Assembly: GCA_002839445.1 (NCBI GenBank)
Contig: PGYB01000022.1
Span: 242-64,241, forward strand
Length of the DNA stretch: 64,000 nt
Direction of reading: 5' to 3'
From: Candidatus Riflebacteria bacterium HGW-Riflebacteria-1
Lineage (GTDB): Bacteria > Muiribacteriota > Ozemobacteria > Ozemobacterales > Ozemobacteraceae
Part shown: positions 25,909-36,144 of the stretch, piece by piece
Layout: the number at the start of each line of letters is the position of its first letter
Numbering within the stretch: position 1 is the stretch's first letter
The notes under the pieces: model-generated
The model's input: only the letters and a program-made list of their open reading frames with translations
What the model was told of the DNA's origin: nothing
The model's database searches: none
Program-made: the position numbers and the translations under genes

Positions 25909-28461
25909 TCAGTGGAAAAAGCTTGAACGCAGCTGCTCTGACGAGGCGTCATATACCGAGTTGATGACTTTGCCGGTCGCTTCGTTAATCGCGGTTTTTC
26001 CGAAAGTCGACAGGTAGCGCTCAAGATCGCTCGACGGGCTCTGCGGAATAACATTGCTGGTGATCGCTTTGTTTACTTCGCGGGTATATTCACCGAGAAG
26101 GTTGTTTTTGATCATTTTGGGAATGCTGCTGACGATTTTCTTCATTTCATCGCCAAAGTTGACATAGCCTTCGGGATTATACTTGTATCTGGCCAGGCCG
26201 TTCGCGTAGGCCTCGGCAGTCAGCACACCGACCCAGTTATTGTTATACTGCGTCAGCATCTGCTTTTCGGCGCGCGCCATGATCGCCGGCATCTGGCGTT
26301 CAACTTCATCCCATCTGACATTCTGCGTTTTCAGGTCGTAAACGTATTTTTCGACCAGGGCTGCCTTATATTGCGACGGACTGATTACGTCAGCACGCCC
26401 GGCCAGCAATTTAGCTTCTTCCGGGGAAAGGGCCAGTGTGCCGGCCTTGTGCTGGCGACGCATATCGAGAACCTTTTCGATGTTTTCAGCTTTAGCGCTG
26501 CTGCTGACAAACTTGTCTTCATAAGTCTTTTTGATGGCGAGGGCGGCAAGTTCGTTCATGCGTTCGTCAGAAGCATCGGCGAGATCAGGATTTTTCGACT
26601 GCAGAACTTTTTTCATTGCGGCAAGATGTGCATCACCGCCGCGCAAACGCCCAAGTTCAAGCATCTGGTTCAGCTTAACATCGCGTTCATATTGCACGCT
26701 GATATCTTTTTTCAGGGCAACATTCTGGGGAAGAGCTTCAGCCTTCTGGGCGGTCAATGACTGCTGCAGCCAGGCATCGCGGGCTTTATCAAGTTGCTTG
26801 ACATGCCCGGCAAGAGCCTTGGCATAAGTCGTTGGGTTGCGGTAACGCAGTGGGTTCGGCGTATTCTTTTTTAAATCTTCATATTTCTGCTGCAGGGTGG
26901 CGGCTTTTTTCCAGTTGGGGTCCTGGTCGCGGTAAAGATTTTCGACTGCTGCCTTACGGGCTTTGGGGCCATCGTAAACATTGTATTTAACAGCATCGAC
27001 CGTCAGACGAGCCGCATGCACCGCGAAGCCATTTACCATAGAGTCAAAACCGGCTTTGGTAGCGTCAATCGAATCGCGCTTCTGTTCTTTCTCGGCAATC
27101 ATTTTTTCGTAGTATTCGAAAACCGGCGTTCCTGCGGCGTATGCCTTCTGCTCATTGCGCAGATCTTTAATATCGCCGCTGACGAAAGATTTCTCAAGCG
27201 AGGCGCCAGCCATGCCGCTGCCAAAGTTAACCGGCATGGTAGAAAAAAGGCTAGCTACGCTCTTGCCCTTGGCGACGCTGCCAAACAAGCGCACTGACGC
27301 GCGGTCGGCCCAGCGCCCGAAGGTACTGTTATAAGCACGGTCAGAAATAATCGATCCGGCAAAACCTGAAATTGCCGCCGAAACACCGGCGCGCTTCAGG
27401 TCTTTAATGGCGTCTTCACGGGTGTAATGCTCGCCGCGCATCATTTCGTTTTCGGCGCGCAAGCGGTCAAGTTCAGCAATTGTTTCAGTTGAGAATGGAG
27501 TCTCACTGCTGAGATGAGCGTTGAGAATCTCGTCAATTCTGTTTTCGTTGGCTTCGATTTTTTCGGGATATTTGAAATAATGCACTGACCATAGGTTTTT
27601 AACCGCACCGCCGACCTGGCTCGAAAGAGCGCGACCGGCAAAGGTAATGCCAGCCTGAGTCAGTGCGACCTTGCCGATAGCGCGGCCGACAGTAGGACCA
27701 ACCATGCCAAACATGCCACCGGTTGCCAGATTGAACGGCGCCATCACCGCCTCGATCACGGCCTGAACCGAAACATCGCGCCAGATTTTGGCTTCTTCTT
27801 TTTTAACCGTTCGATATTTTGCGTTCATACGTTTTTCGAACGCATAGGTCATGAGACCGCCGAGCGCAGCGCCAGTTACGATGCCGCCAATAACCATACC
27901 CACCGGGGTAAGCGGTGCCAGTAGTGCCGTTGCAATTATCACGCCCATGGTCGGCAGCAGTGATTTGCCTATTGTCCAGGCGATTCTTTCCCAGAGGGGC
28001 ATTTCGCCGGGATTGCCCGAGGCGCCGAGCAGGCGCTGCGCGTAGCCGACTATTTTTGACTGAAAATTGCGCCAGAGATGCCATTTTTCTTCGGCCACCC
28101 GGGCTTCTTCGGCCGGGTTTCCTTCGGCGGAGGCGATTGTTGACGATTCTGCTGAAACTACCGACTCGTCAGCTGCGCCGGACTGGTCGACTGGCGACTG
28201 TTGCGAAGCCTGCACAGTCGGGACGTTCTGGCCGGTCGCTTCTTTATAAGCCTGCTGGGCTTCGAGATAGACATCGAGCTTGCCGCTGATCTCATCGATT
28301 GAAGCCTGTGACTCTACCGCTTTTACATACTCGGAATAAGCGCGCTGGTAAGTGTCATAAGAACTGGCTGCGGGCGCATTCTGGCTGGCGAACGCAGGCA
28401 CAATACCCTGCACGAGCAGAGTAAAAATAAGCACCCAGGTTAGTAGAAAGTTCTTACGCAT
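25909..28461 (-). CDS. Large exported/membrane hypothetical protein (850 aa) with Gly-zipper TM cluster
   Basis: Signal peptide MRKNFLLTWVLIFTLLVQGIVPAFA. Gly/Ala-rich hydrophobic segments at about residues 160-270 (LLPTMGVIIATALLAPLTPVGMVIGGIVTGAALGGLM...). The long C-terminal part is helical-looking and has no recognised domain. Confidence 0.6.
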   Translation of the reverse strand: MRKNFLLTWVLIFTLLVQGIVPAFASQNAPAASSYDTYQRAYSEYVKAVESQASIDEISGKLDVYLEAQQAYKEATGQNVPTVQASQQSPVDQSGAADESVVSAESSTIASAEGNPAEEARVAEEKWHLWRNFQSKIVGYAQRLLGASGNPGEMPLWERIAWTIGKSLLPTMGVIIATALLAPLTPVGMVIGGIVTGAALGGLMTYAFEKRMNAKYRTVKKEEAKIWRDVSVQAVIEAVMAPFNLATGGMFGMVGPTVGRAIGKVALTQAGITFAGRALSSQVGGAVKNLWSVHYFKYPEKIEANENRIDEILNAHLSSETPFSTETIAELDRLRAENEMMRGEHYTREDAIKDLKRAGVSAAISGFAGSIISDRAYNSTFGRWADRASVRLFGSVAKGKSVASLFSTMPVNFGSGMAGASLEKSFVSGDIKDLRNEQKAYAAGTPVFEYYEKMIAEKEQKRDSIDATKAGFDSMVNGFAVHAARLTVDAVKYNVYDGPKARKAAVENLYRDQDPNWKKAATLQQKYEDLKKNTPNPLRYRNPTTYAKALAGHVKQLDKARDAWLQQSLTAQKAEALPQNVALKKDISVQYERDVKLNQMLELGRLRGGDAHLAAMKKVLQSKNPDLADASDERMNELAALAIKKTYEDKFVSSSAKAENIEKVLDMRRQHKAGTLALSPEEAKLLAGRADVISPSQYKAALVEKYVYDLKTQNVRWDEVERQMPAIMARAEKQMLTQYNNNWVGVLTAEAYANGLARYKYNPEGYVNFGDEMKKIVSSIPKMIKNNLLGEYTREVNKAITSNVIPQSPSSDLERYLSTFGKTAINEATGKVINSVYDASSEQLRSSFFH

Positions 28462-28554
28462 ATACTACTTTTACTGATAGATCGGGGATGTGTCAATCCC
28501 CAGACGAAAAATGGTACAGCACCGAATACCATGAAAGTTAAGCTAAATGCTCTC

Positions 28555-28815
28555 TTAATCGTGCTCGTAATCATGATCGACAAGGCCGCCGATTTCTCTA
28601 CTACGACGCGCAGGACGCGCTAGTGCCAGGGCACCCGAGGATCAGGCTGTTCTTTAGGTGGCGATTATGGCCCTGGCATAGAGCCACGTATCCCGCAGTC
28701 CTTAACCGGGAGTGGCCAGCCGTTAGAGAACGGCTATCCCGAAGGGCTCCCCGGGTCGGTGCGCCCAGGTGCGATTACCGCTTCGCTGATTAGGAGCACT
28801 GCTTCGCTGAGCACG
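28555..28815. repeat. Intergenic repeat X, long copy with a 118-nt structured insertion
   Basis: Same ends as 23333-23398, but with an extra 28643-28760. An inverted copy of GATTACGAGCACGAT lies at 28560-28576. The right tail carries a GCTTCGCTGA duplication. Confidence 0.7.
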
Positions 28816-28969
28816 AGAAGATCTTCTTGAATGACATGTTTTGCCCTAAGTTAGTGTGATTCTTGACAGCAGCTCAAATTGGATCTGTCCTTTTTTTTTA
28901 TGTACATTACAAAAAATATATGCTTTAATATTTTAGCAAACAACACCGTAAATTTCCTGGGGAATCAAA

Positions 28970-29524
28970 ATGATCAACCGTGAAAAGGCAATTGAAATAC
29001 TCCACAAGCATCTCAGCAACGAAAACCTCCGCCGGCATTGCCTTGCCAGTTCAGTAGTGATGAAAGCGGCGGCCGAAAAGCTCGGGCAACCAGCCGAAGA
29101 CTGGGAAATACTCGGACTGCTGCACGACATGGATCTCGATATTACCAAAGGTGACATGAAAAGCCATGCCAACGTGGCAGCTGACCTGCTGCAAAACGAA
29201 GGACTGCCTGAAGAATATCTACATGCAATCAGGTCACACAACGAAGAGACCGGCGCGACCAGAAACAGCGTGCTAGACCACGCGCTGGCTGCCTGTGAAA
29301 GCATAACCGGCCTGATAGTTGCCTGCGCCATGGTCTATCCCGACCGCAAGATTTCTTCGGTAAAGGCCAAATCTATCGCCAAGCGCATGAAAGAAAAGCG
29401 TTTTGCCGAAAGCGTCTCGCGCGAAAACATTCTCGAATGCGAAAAAGCCGGCATCCCTTTCCCAGAATTCGTTGACCTGGCTCTGGCAGCCATGAGCGCT
29501 ATCGAAAACCAGCTTATCAACTGA
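28970..29524 (+). CDS. HD/HDIG-domain metal-dependent phosphohydrolase
   Basis: 184 aa. RRHCLASSVVM...LGLLHDMDL...H are the H...HD...D motifs of HD-domain proteins. Confidence 0.75.
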   Translation: MINREKAIEILHKHLSNENLRRHCLASSVVMKAAAEKLGQPAEDWEILGLLHDMDLDITKGDMKSHANVAADLLQNEGLPEEYLHAIRSHNEETGATRNSVLDHALAACESITGLIVACAMVYPDRKISSVKAKSIAKRMKEKRFAESVSRENILECEKAGIPFPEFVDLALAAMSAIENQLIN

Positions 29525-29624
29525 TACGAAACGGGCTGAAATCACCTGGCGAGAAATGTATTACATCGCTGCCGGCAACTGACGATACCGAAATCGGAAA
29601 AGCTTAATAACAGCGGAGTTGATA

Positions 29625-31295
29625 ATGAAATATTACCAGGCAAAAGCAATCTATTGTCTAGTCTGCATACTGACTTTTGTCGTGCTCACCGGCTTGCAGC
29701 CTTGTCGGGCGGTTTACCAACCAGGCGCTGACAGCCAGGCTGGAAGTAACTTTCCCAGCGGGCGGCAGACAAACAGCTCTGCTGTTTTGAACAAAGCCGC
29801 CACTATGGCAAAGCAGACCACATATTATCGTGCGCTCAAAGTCGAGCTTCCTGGCATGCCGCGAGAGTTTCGCGGCGTCTGGATCGCTACTGTGATGAAT
29901 ATTGACTGGCCGACCTCAGCCACTGATCCTTATCAGAAGCAGAAAGATGATTTTAGCAGACTGCTCGATTATTACCAGACGTTGAATTTTAATGCCGTTA
30001 TCGTGCAGATCAGAACAGCTGGCGACGCTTTTTACCCATCAAAATACTCACCATGGTCTAAATTTTTCACCGGCAAAGAAGGCCAGAAACCAGCTACCAA
30101 TGAAGACCCGCTCGCCTGGATGATTCTGGAGGCGCATAAAAGGGGCATGGAATTTCACGCCTGGCTCAATCCCTACCGCGCGACTGTCGACAGCAAAACC
30201 GCTTCGCTGAGCGCGCAGCATGACCTGCGCAAGTTCCCGAACTGGATGGTGAAATACGATGGCAGATATTATTATAACCCCGGTCTGCCAGAAGTCAGGG
30301 CGCACCTGGTAAAAGTAATCCGGGAAGTTGTGAAAAATTACGATGTTGATGCCATCCATTTTGATGACTACTTCTACCCCTTCAAATACAAGGCGGTTTT
30401 CAATGACACGGCCGCTTTTAAAAAATACTCTTCACCTGGCCAATCACTCGATAACTGGCGCCGCGACAACGTCAGTCGGCTGATCAGCGATGTCAGCAAA
30501 GCAATCAAGCAGGAAAAGCCATGGGTGCAGTTTGGGATCAGCCCTTTTGGCGTCTGGCGCAACATTGCGAGCGACCCAAATGGTTCGAACACCAGAGCCG
30601 GTCAGAGCAACTACGACAACCTCTACGCCGACATTCTGACCTGGATGAAAAACGGCTGGATCGACTATCTGATACCGCAACTCTACTGGAGCCTTGATTA
30701 CAGCAAAGCATCATATCGAGAACTGGTCAGCTGGTGGTCACGTAACAGCTACAACACTAAAATTTACATTGGAAACGGCCCTTATAAGATCCGCAATAAT
30801 TACGACGCAGCCTGGCACGACCCGATGGAAATCCCTAATCAGCTGAGCCTTTCCCGCAATACGAAGAATATTTATGGCAACGCCTACTTCAGCGCGAAAT
30901 CCATGTATCATTCAAATACAGACGTCGCAAAGCTTCTACGTGAGAGATATTACAACCACCCTGCCCTGCCGCCCCAGATATTCAGAATGCCGGCACCAGT
31001 TGCGCCGGGCGGCAGTCCCGCGCTGGTGCGGCATAAAAACGGGTATGCCTTTGAATTCGCTCAGGCGCTGCAAAAAGACTACCGTTTCGCGATGATCTAC
31101 GCTGCCGCCAACCTTGACGATCTCAAAAACCGCACCGGATCGGCGGTATTTCAAAAGATGTATCTTGATAATGACCGACGCAAACTGCTGCCGCTGCAAA
31201 AGCCAGATAACGCAAGGTACATCGCGTTGAGTTTTCTTGGCAGATACGGCAACGAAACGGTACCAATGGTTTTTGAATTCGCCGGCAACCTCTGA
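29625..31295 (+). CDS. Glycoside-hydrolase-like family 10 (GHL10/YngK-type) exported protein
   Basis: EFRGVWIATVMNIDWP...LNFNAVIVQIR..GDAFYPS...HKRGMEFHAWLNPYR is typical of the GHL10 family. The ATG at 29625 has a GGAG 7 nt upstream; the track ORF starts at TTG 29619. Confidence 0.75.
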   Translation: MKYYQAKAIYCLVCILTFVVLTGLQPCRAVYQPGADSQAGSNFPSGRQTNSSAVLNKAATMAKQTTYYRALKVELPGMPREFRGVWIATVMNIDWPTSATDPYQKQKDDFSRLLDYYQTLNFNAVIVQIRTAGDAFYPSKYSPWSKFFTGKEGQKPATNEDPLAWMILEAHKRGMEFHAWLNPYRATVDSKTASLSAQHDLRKFPNWMVKYDGRYYYNPGLPEVRAHLVKVIREVVKNYDVDAIHFDDYFYPFKYKAVFNDTAAFKKYSSPGQSLDNWRRDNVSRLISDVSKAIKQEKPWVQFGISPFGVWRNIASDPNGSNTRAGQSNYDNLYADILTWMKNGWIDYLIPQLYWSLDYSKASYRELVSWWSRNSYNTKIYIGNGPYKIRNNYDAAWHDPMEIPNQLSLSRNTKNIYGNAYFSAKSMYHSNTDVAKLLRERYYNHPALPPQIFRMPAPVAPGGSPALVRHKNGYAFEFAQALQKDYRFAMIYAAANLDDLKNRTGSAVFQKMYLDNDRRKLLPLQKPDNARYIALSFLGRYGNETVPMVFEFAGNL

Positions 31296-31406
31296 TATAA
31301 TGGCCTTTTGCGAGCCATCTGCATTTATTGTTTTGCTCGATTGCATAACCAGCAAAATTGAAGTAAATACTAAGTTAATTCTGTACGGGTTTGAAAGAGG
31401 AAACAT

Positions 31407-31685
31407 ATGAAGAAATTATGCAGAAGCAGGGCAAAGGGGATTCTTTTTGTAATGCTTGTTCTGGGCGGCACAATGCTGACCGGCTGCCTGGACTTTACCG
31501 GCAAGCTTGCCGCTGAGCGCGAGGACCTTCAGAAGAGGCGGAAAATTTTAAGAGATAACTATAAAAAGGTAGCAACAAAATTAGACCATAGAGACCGCAA
31601 CAAGCAGGAACTGATTATGACCGAACTCAGACTTGATTTATTTCGCAGAGCTCAGAAGATGATGCAGGAGGGCAAAAATGAGTAA
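31407..31685 (+). CDS. Small coiled-coil lipoprotein
   Basis: 92 aa. Lipobox LTGC after a hydrophobic leader; the rest is charged and helical. Confidence 0.5.
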   Translation: MKKLCRSRAKGILFVMLVLGGTMLTGCLDFTGKLAAEREDLQKRRKILRDNYKKVATKLDHRDRNKQELIMTELRLDLFRRAQKMMQEGKNE

Positions 31686-31950
31686 AAGAAACCTTCTTGT
31701 CTTAATCATGGCTTTCTCTTCGCTTGCTGTTGGTTGTAATTTTGAGCTTGCCAGCGACATAAAAACAGAGAATCAGAACTTGCAGTTAGAAGTAGCAACG
31801 CTCGAAAAATGGGTGGCGGAGGCCGCGTCGGTTGAGGAAGAAATAGACGAAATCCGTGAGCGGCTTGTGAAAAAGAAAGAAGAGCTTGAAGAGTTTAAAA
31901 AAGAGCACCCGGAAGTCGTTGAATATGCAATAAAGAATAAGCTTGAATAG
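31678..31950 (+). CDS. Small coiled-coil lipoprotein
   Basis: 90 aa. Lipobox AVGC; charged helical remainder. Overlaps the upstream gene by 8 nt. Confidence 0.5.
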   Translation: MSKRNLLVLIMAFSSLAVGCNFELASDIKTENQNLQLEVATLEKWVAEAASVEEEIDEIRERLVKKKEELEEFKKEHPEVVEYAIKNKLE

Positions 31951-31986
31951 CGTAACCGCAGGCGCATAAAAATTGTCACAAACCAA

Positions 31987-32015
31987 TTGACTTTGCCGCC
32001 AAGGAATGTTACCAT
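31987..32015 (+). promoter_or_regulatory. Putative sigma70-type promoter for tRNA-Val
   Basis: TTGACT (31987-31992), a 17-nt spacer, then TACCAT (32010-32015), ending 13 nt before the tRNA 5' end. Confidence 0.35.
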
Positions 32016-32028
32016 AGTTATTACGCAA

Positions 32029-32103
32029 AGGCTCGTAGCTCAGTTTGGTTAGAGCACCACGTTGACATCGTGGGGGTCAGCGGTTCAAGTCCGCTCGGGC
32101 CTA
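32029..32103 (+). tRNA. tRNA-Val (anticodon GAC)
   Basis: Cloverleaf read by hand. Acceptor AGGCTCG/CGGGCCT; D-arm TAGCTCAGTTTGGTTAGAGC; anticodon stem CCACG/CGTGG with loop TTGACAT; T-arm AGCGGTTCAAGTCCGCT. No encoded CCA. Confidence 0.9.
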
Positions 32104-32134
32104 TTTTTTATCCCAATTTTTCGGAGATTCTGGC

Positions 32135-32902
32135 TTGTCTATTACCAGCCCGCTGCTAGATAACATCAGAATTGTTCTGGTCGAACCCCAGGGCGCACTG
32201 AACGTCGGCTCAACCTGCCGCGCCATGAAAAACTTCGGCCTCAGCCACCTCAGCGTGGTGCGACCGGGCTGCCAGCTCAATCTCGACGCCGTCAAAATGG
32301 CGATGCATTCGACCGATATTCTTGAATCAGCAAGAATCATGCAGACTATTCCAGAAGCAATTGAGGGAAGCCTGCTCGTGCTCGGCACCGCCAACCGCCG
32401 CGGCGAGTATCATGAGCCGAACCTGACCGTTCAGGAAGGCATACTCAAAATCAGGCAGGTTCTTGAAAAAGGGCCGGTTTCGATTCTGTTTGGCCGCGAA
32501 GAATGGGGCCTGACCAAAGAAGACCTCGTTCACACCATGGGCACTATGCGCATCGTCACTGACCCCGAATGCACTTCGCTCAATCTCTCGCAGGCAGTAT
32601 TGTTGATAGCTTACGAACTGTATCAGAATTTTGGCAACCCGATGCCGCTGCCCAAAGCCTGCGCCGATGATCCGTATGAGCAGCCGCCGACCACCGAAGA
32701 ACTCGCGCGACTCTATAATCACATTGAAGCCGTATTGAGCATGAGCGAGTTTCTGCCGCTGGCAAACAGTGATGCAGTATTGCAGATTTTGCGGGCTTTT
32801 TTTCACCGCTCGACCCCCACCCTGCGCGAAGTCAGTCTGCTGATGGGCATTTTTTCAAACCTGCGCGGCTTCATGCGCAAATACGTAAAGAACCCAAAGT
32901 AG
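32135..32902 (+). CDS. trmJ: SpoU/TrmH-family RNA 2'-O-methyltransferase (TrmJ-like)
   Basis: 255 aa, TTG start. IRIVLVEPQGALNVGSTCRAMKNFG, ILFGREEWGLT and LNLSQAVLLIAYEL are the three SPOUT motifs. Confidence 0.8.
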   Translation: MSITSPLLDNIRIVLVEPQGALNVGSTCRAMKNFGLSHLSVVRPGCQLNLDAVKMAMHSTDILESARIMQTIPEAIEGSLLVLGTANRRGEYHEPNLTVQEGILKIRQVLEKGPVSILFGREEWGLTKEDLVHTMGTMRIVTDPECTSLNLSQAVLLIAYELYQNFGNPMPLPKACADDPYEQPPTTEELARLYNHIEAVLSMSEFLPLANSDAVLQILRAFFHRSTPTLREVSLLMGIFSNLRGFMRKYVKNPK

Positions 32903-33087
32903 TCCTTCTCGCATGCCGTCAGCGCCGCGACAACCGGATTGTCCAGGAGCGAGGCCTTGAAATATGCTTCAAATCTTGCAGGTCTTGCCTGGCTTTTTAA
33001 AAGACTTTCGAGTTGTTCTTTGTGTCTTAGAGGCTTAGTGCGCACTTTTTTTCTCTTGCCTCGAACCTCTCACAGCCAAGATATTTT

Positions 33088-36000
33088 TTGACGGATTGTG
33101 GTAAATTGTCAGGCAACTGGCTGAAATTAATCACATCGGGGCGCAAAAGAGTGCTGGTAATTACTTCTAATCAGAGACAGACCGGTTTCGTCTGGGTTCT
33201 GCTGCTCGCCATTCTTTTGCTTACCCCGCTGGCCGGGCTCAATCACCTGCTTGATCAACTGCGCGCCAAAGACGAGAATTATCTCGACATGCAGGCGCGC
33301 GAGCGTCTGCTCAATGAAATGACTGCCTTTCAGGAAAGCTTGCAGGCCGAGAAACATATCTTGACTGCACTTGATCACATGCGCGATCATTTTGGCATAA
33401 ACATCGACAACGACAATTTTCGCAATCTTAGCTTTTCTTACGCAAGCGACCCGATGCTTATTCAAAGCGGCTTTCCGGCAAGCGCCAGCGAATTTCTCAG
33501 ACAAAATTATCACATTAACCCGCTGCTGGCCTACGCGGTCGACTGCGACATGCAAAATTTCTATTCATACTATTCACGCGAGATTTTCAGAGACGAAAAG
33601 CTGCGACGTGACTTTGAATATGCCACGGCCCACTGGATGGTATTTTCGCAACACGATGTTGTCAACGAACTGCCAGACACTCCTGACATGCAGACAATCA
33701 ATGACTCTTACAGACTGCGAAATGGCGCGGGCTATGAAAATGCGCAGCAAAGATTCCGCGAACTCTTTCAGCTCTACATCTCTGCCTTCGGTACCCCGCC
33801 CATCTCAAACGGCATCTGTCGGCCATTCTTTTCCAACCGATTCGGCAGCCAGCGATCGTTTCAGCTGATACATCAGATTTCGCGGCCAAAAGGCCTGAGA
33901 GTAAGCATGCTCGGTTGCTATTATTTTGTCTTCAACAGCAGCGACATTTCCCCGACGGCGGTATTGAAAAAGGCGATGAACAATATCGACCCCGCGATCA
34001 ACAGATATGTCGTCAGCAAAGAGGTAGAGCAGCCAGAGTTTGTCTATGGCAGCGAACACCTGCTTTACTACTCGGTTTTTCCATCGCATTACTCCACGCA
34101 TATCGAAGACTATGCCATCAATAACCCGAAGACCAGCAGCCTGCTTCGCGACTTTGTTGGCAGGCGTGGGCTCTGCGTCAGAATCGATAACAAGCTTCTG
34201 ATTTCACGCTACGTGCTGGCTGGAAAAGTCTGCAGCGCGTTAGCCAGGGCGGCGTTGCTGCTGTTTTTTGCCTTGCTGGTCAGATCTTACATGCAGGATA
34301 TTGAATATGGTCTGCGGCTGGCTAAAAAACTACGGGTTGCCGTCGCAATAATTGTGATGCTGCCAGTCATCGGTGTATTTCTGGTCAGTCGGGAATATGA
34401 AGCAGATAATGAGAAGCTGAGCCTGATCAAGTGCCAGACAAAAATCAGACGGCAACTTGATTTTCTCGGCAAACTGATTGGCGATTCCGACGCAAGAACT
34501 ATGCTGATGCTGCAGGAAAGCAAAGAAAAGCTCGCCTTGCGTCATTACCGACTCGAAAACAAAGACCTTACTGAGCTTACCAGAAAAGGTGACTTTTACG
34601 GACTTACCGCTGGAGCCCTCGAAGGGTCACTAACCAGAGATGGTGCGCAGATAATGGCTACGCAAAGAAAACTCCGTGAGAATTCGTCGATTCGCACCGG
34701 TCTTTATCAGATACTTTTAGATCTCGGCGCAATCAACGCAGAAGCGCCAGAAATAAAGAAGATACACCGACAACACACCATATTTATTGGGCTCGCCGGA
34801 GCTCTTACCAACCTGTTCAGCGAACCCGAATCACTCGCCCGCGAAGGTCTTTTGACCAAACACATTCTGTCGGCTTCGGCCCTGTTACGATCTGTACATC
34901 ATTTCATCGTCCACCCGCTTCGCCCAACTGTTATCGACGCGATTGTACTGCTGGTAATAGATGATATCAATATCATGAAGAAGATGTATGCGCAGATGTC
35001 ACAGGAGTCTTTGCACCTGTTCAGCGAATACGACGAAAACAGCCAGATTGATTACGCGCTGGCCCTGCGCAGCCCCACATCATTACGCACTTACCAGGCG
35101 CCAAATTTTTCGTCTCCTTCCAACCGAATGACAAATCTGGCGGCGGCCGCGGTTAACAACAAAACTTCTGGCTCTATAACCAGACGTGTTGGAGGTCAAT
35201 TAAAAATCGACAGCTGGACAATCTCTGACCTGAATCCGGTAATCATTTTGGCCAGAGCCACTCTTAACCATAACCCTTCGACCCATCTGCTGTTCGTTAT
35301 CATTCCGTGGGCGCTGCTTGTTTACGCTATTCTGGCAGTGACCCTTATATCTGACGTTCTCGCGGACATTTTTCTGGCACCGGTAAGGGCCCTGCTCACT
35401 TTTGTCAGCAGACTGCGACAAAACGACCTGCAGGTCAGAGTCATTATTCCCTCTGGGGGCGAGTTTGAAGAGCTTGGTATTTCGTTCAACCAGATGAGCG
35501 AAGGTCTCAGGCAGCGGGAAAAGATGCGGCGTTTTGTTTCTGACAAACTGGTATCAAGCCTTGAATCGCAGGGCGAATCACAGCAACCGACCCGTGCGGC
35601 GCTCAGCGTATTGAGTTCGGATATTCGCGGTTTTACCGCCTTGAGCGAACAGTACCCGCCAGAAGAGATAGTAAGTCTGCTCAACGACTATTTTTCATGC
35701 ATGGAAGAGGCATTGCAGCAGCATGGCGGTTCGATAGAAAAGATCGTCGGCGATGCGGTAATGGCAGCTTTTTACCGTGATGACCAGCAGGAATGCCATG
35801 CAGCAAGAGCCTGCAAAGCCGCGAGAGAAATGAAGGCCAGACTGGCAACATTTAACCGGCAACGCGAAGAAAACAACAGGTTCACGATCAGAACCGGAAT
35901 CGGAATCGCCAGTGGCGAAGCTGTGCTCGGCTTTGCCGCCGGAGGCTCAGGCCGGCGCGAGTTTGTTCTCATCGGCGAAGTAACCCACCGCGCTGAAGCG

Positions 36001-36144
36001 CTTGAAGCACAGACGAGATGGGCAAAAAATAGCGGTATATTCGTTGACAGCGCCACCGCAGCCATGTTGAACGAAGAATTCGCAGAGGTATGCATCGACA
36101 ATGGCGACAGCCAGATAAAATGTCTGGAGCTGAAGCATGTCTGA
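33088..36144 (+). CDS. Four-TM double-sensor HAMP / class III nucleotidyl cyclase, C1-like (metal-binding half)
   Basis: 1018 aa. HAMP region (APVRALLTFVSRLRQNDL...EFEELGISFNQM) followed by a cyclase domain (LSSDIRGFTAL, EKIVGDAVMAAF, IRTGIGIASGEAVLG, EFVLIGEVTHRAEALE). The start codon is uncertain. Confidence 0.85.
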   Translation: MTDCGKLSGNWLKLITSGRKRVLVITSNQRQTGFVWVLLLAILLLTPLAGLNHLLDQLRAKDENYLDMQARERLLNEMTAFQESLQAEKHILTALDHMRDHFGINIDNDNFRNLSFSYASDPMLIQSGFPASASEFLRQNYHINPLLAYAVDCDMQNFYSYYSREIFRDEKLRRDFEYATAHWMVFSQHDVVNELPDTPDMQTINDSYRLRNGAGYENAQQRFRELFQLYISAFGTPPISNGICRPFFSNRFGSQRSFQLIHQISRPKGLRVSMLGCYYFVFNSSDISPTAVLKKAMNNIDPAINRYVVSKEVEQPEFVYGSEHLLYYSVFPSHYSTHIEDYAINNPKTSSLLRDFVGRRGLCVRIDNKLLISRYVLAGKVCSALARAALLLFFALLVRSYMQDIEYGLRLAKKLRVAVAIIVMLPVIGVFLVSREYEADNEKLSLIKCQTKIRRQLDFLGKLIGDSDARTMLMLQESKEKLALRHYRLENKDLTELTRKGDFYGLTAGALEGSLTRDGAQIMATQRKLRENSSIRTGLYQILLDLGAINAEAPEIKKIHRQHTIFIGLAGALTNLFSEPESLAREGLLTKHILSASALLRSVHHFIVHPLRPTVIDAIVLLVIDDINIMKKMYAQMSQESLHLFSEYDENSQIDYALALRSPTSLRTYQAPNFSSPSNRMTNLAAAAVNNKTSGSITRRVGGQLKIDSWTISDLNPVIILARATLNHNPSTHLLFVIIPWALLVYAILAVTLISDVLADIFLAPVRALLTFVSRLRQNDLQVRVIIPSGGEFEELGISFNQMSEGLRQREKMRRFVSDKLVSSLESQGESQQPTRAALSVLSSDIRGFTALSEQYPPEEIVSLLNDYFSCMEEALQQHGGSIEKIVGDAVMAAFYRDDQQECHAARACKAAREMKARLATFNRQREENNRFTIRTGIGIASGEAVLGFAAGGSGRREFVLIGEVTHRAEALEAQTRWAKNSGIFVDSATAAMLNEEFAEVCIDNGDSQIKCLELKHV

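Noticed and set aside
32803-33045. 80-codon minus-strand ORF between trmJ and the first cyclase gene.
   Set aside because: It overlaps the trmJ 3' end by 100 nt, and it has no recognisable motif or ribosome-binding site.
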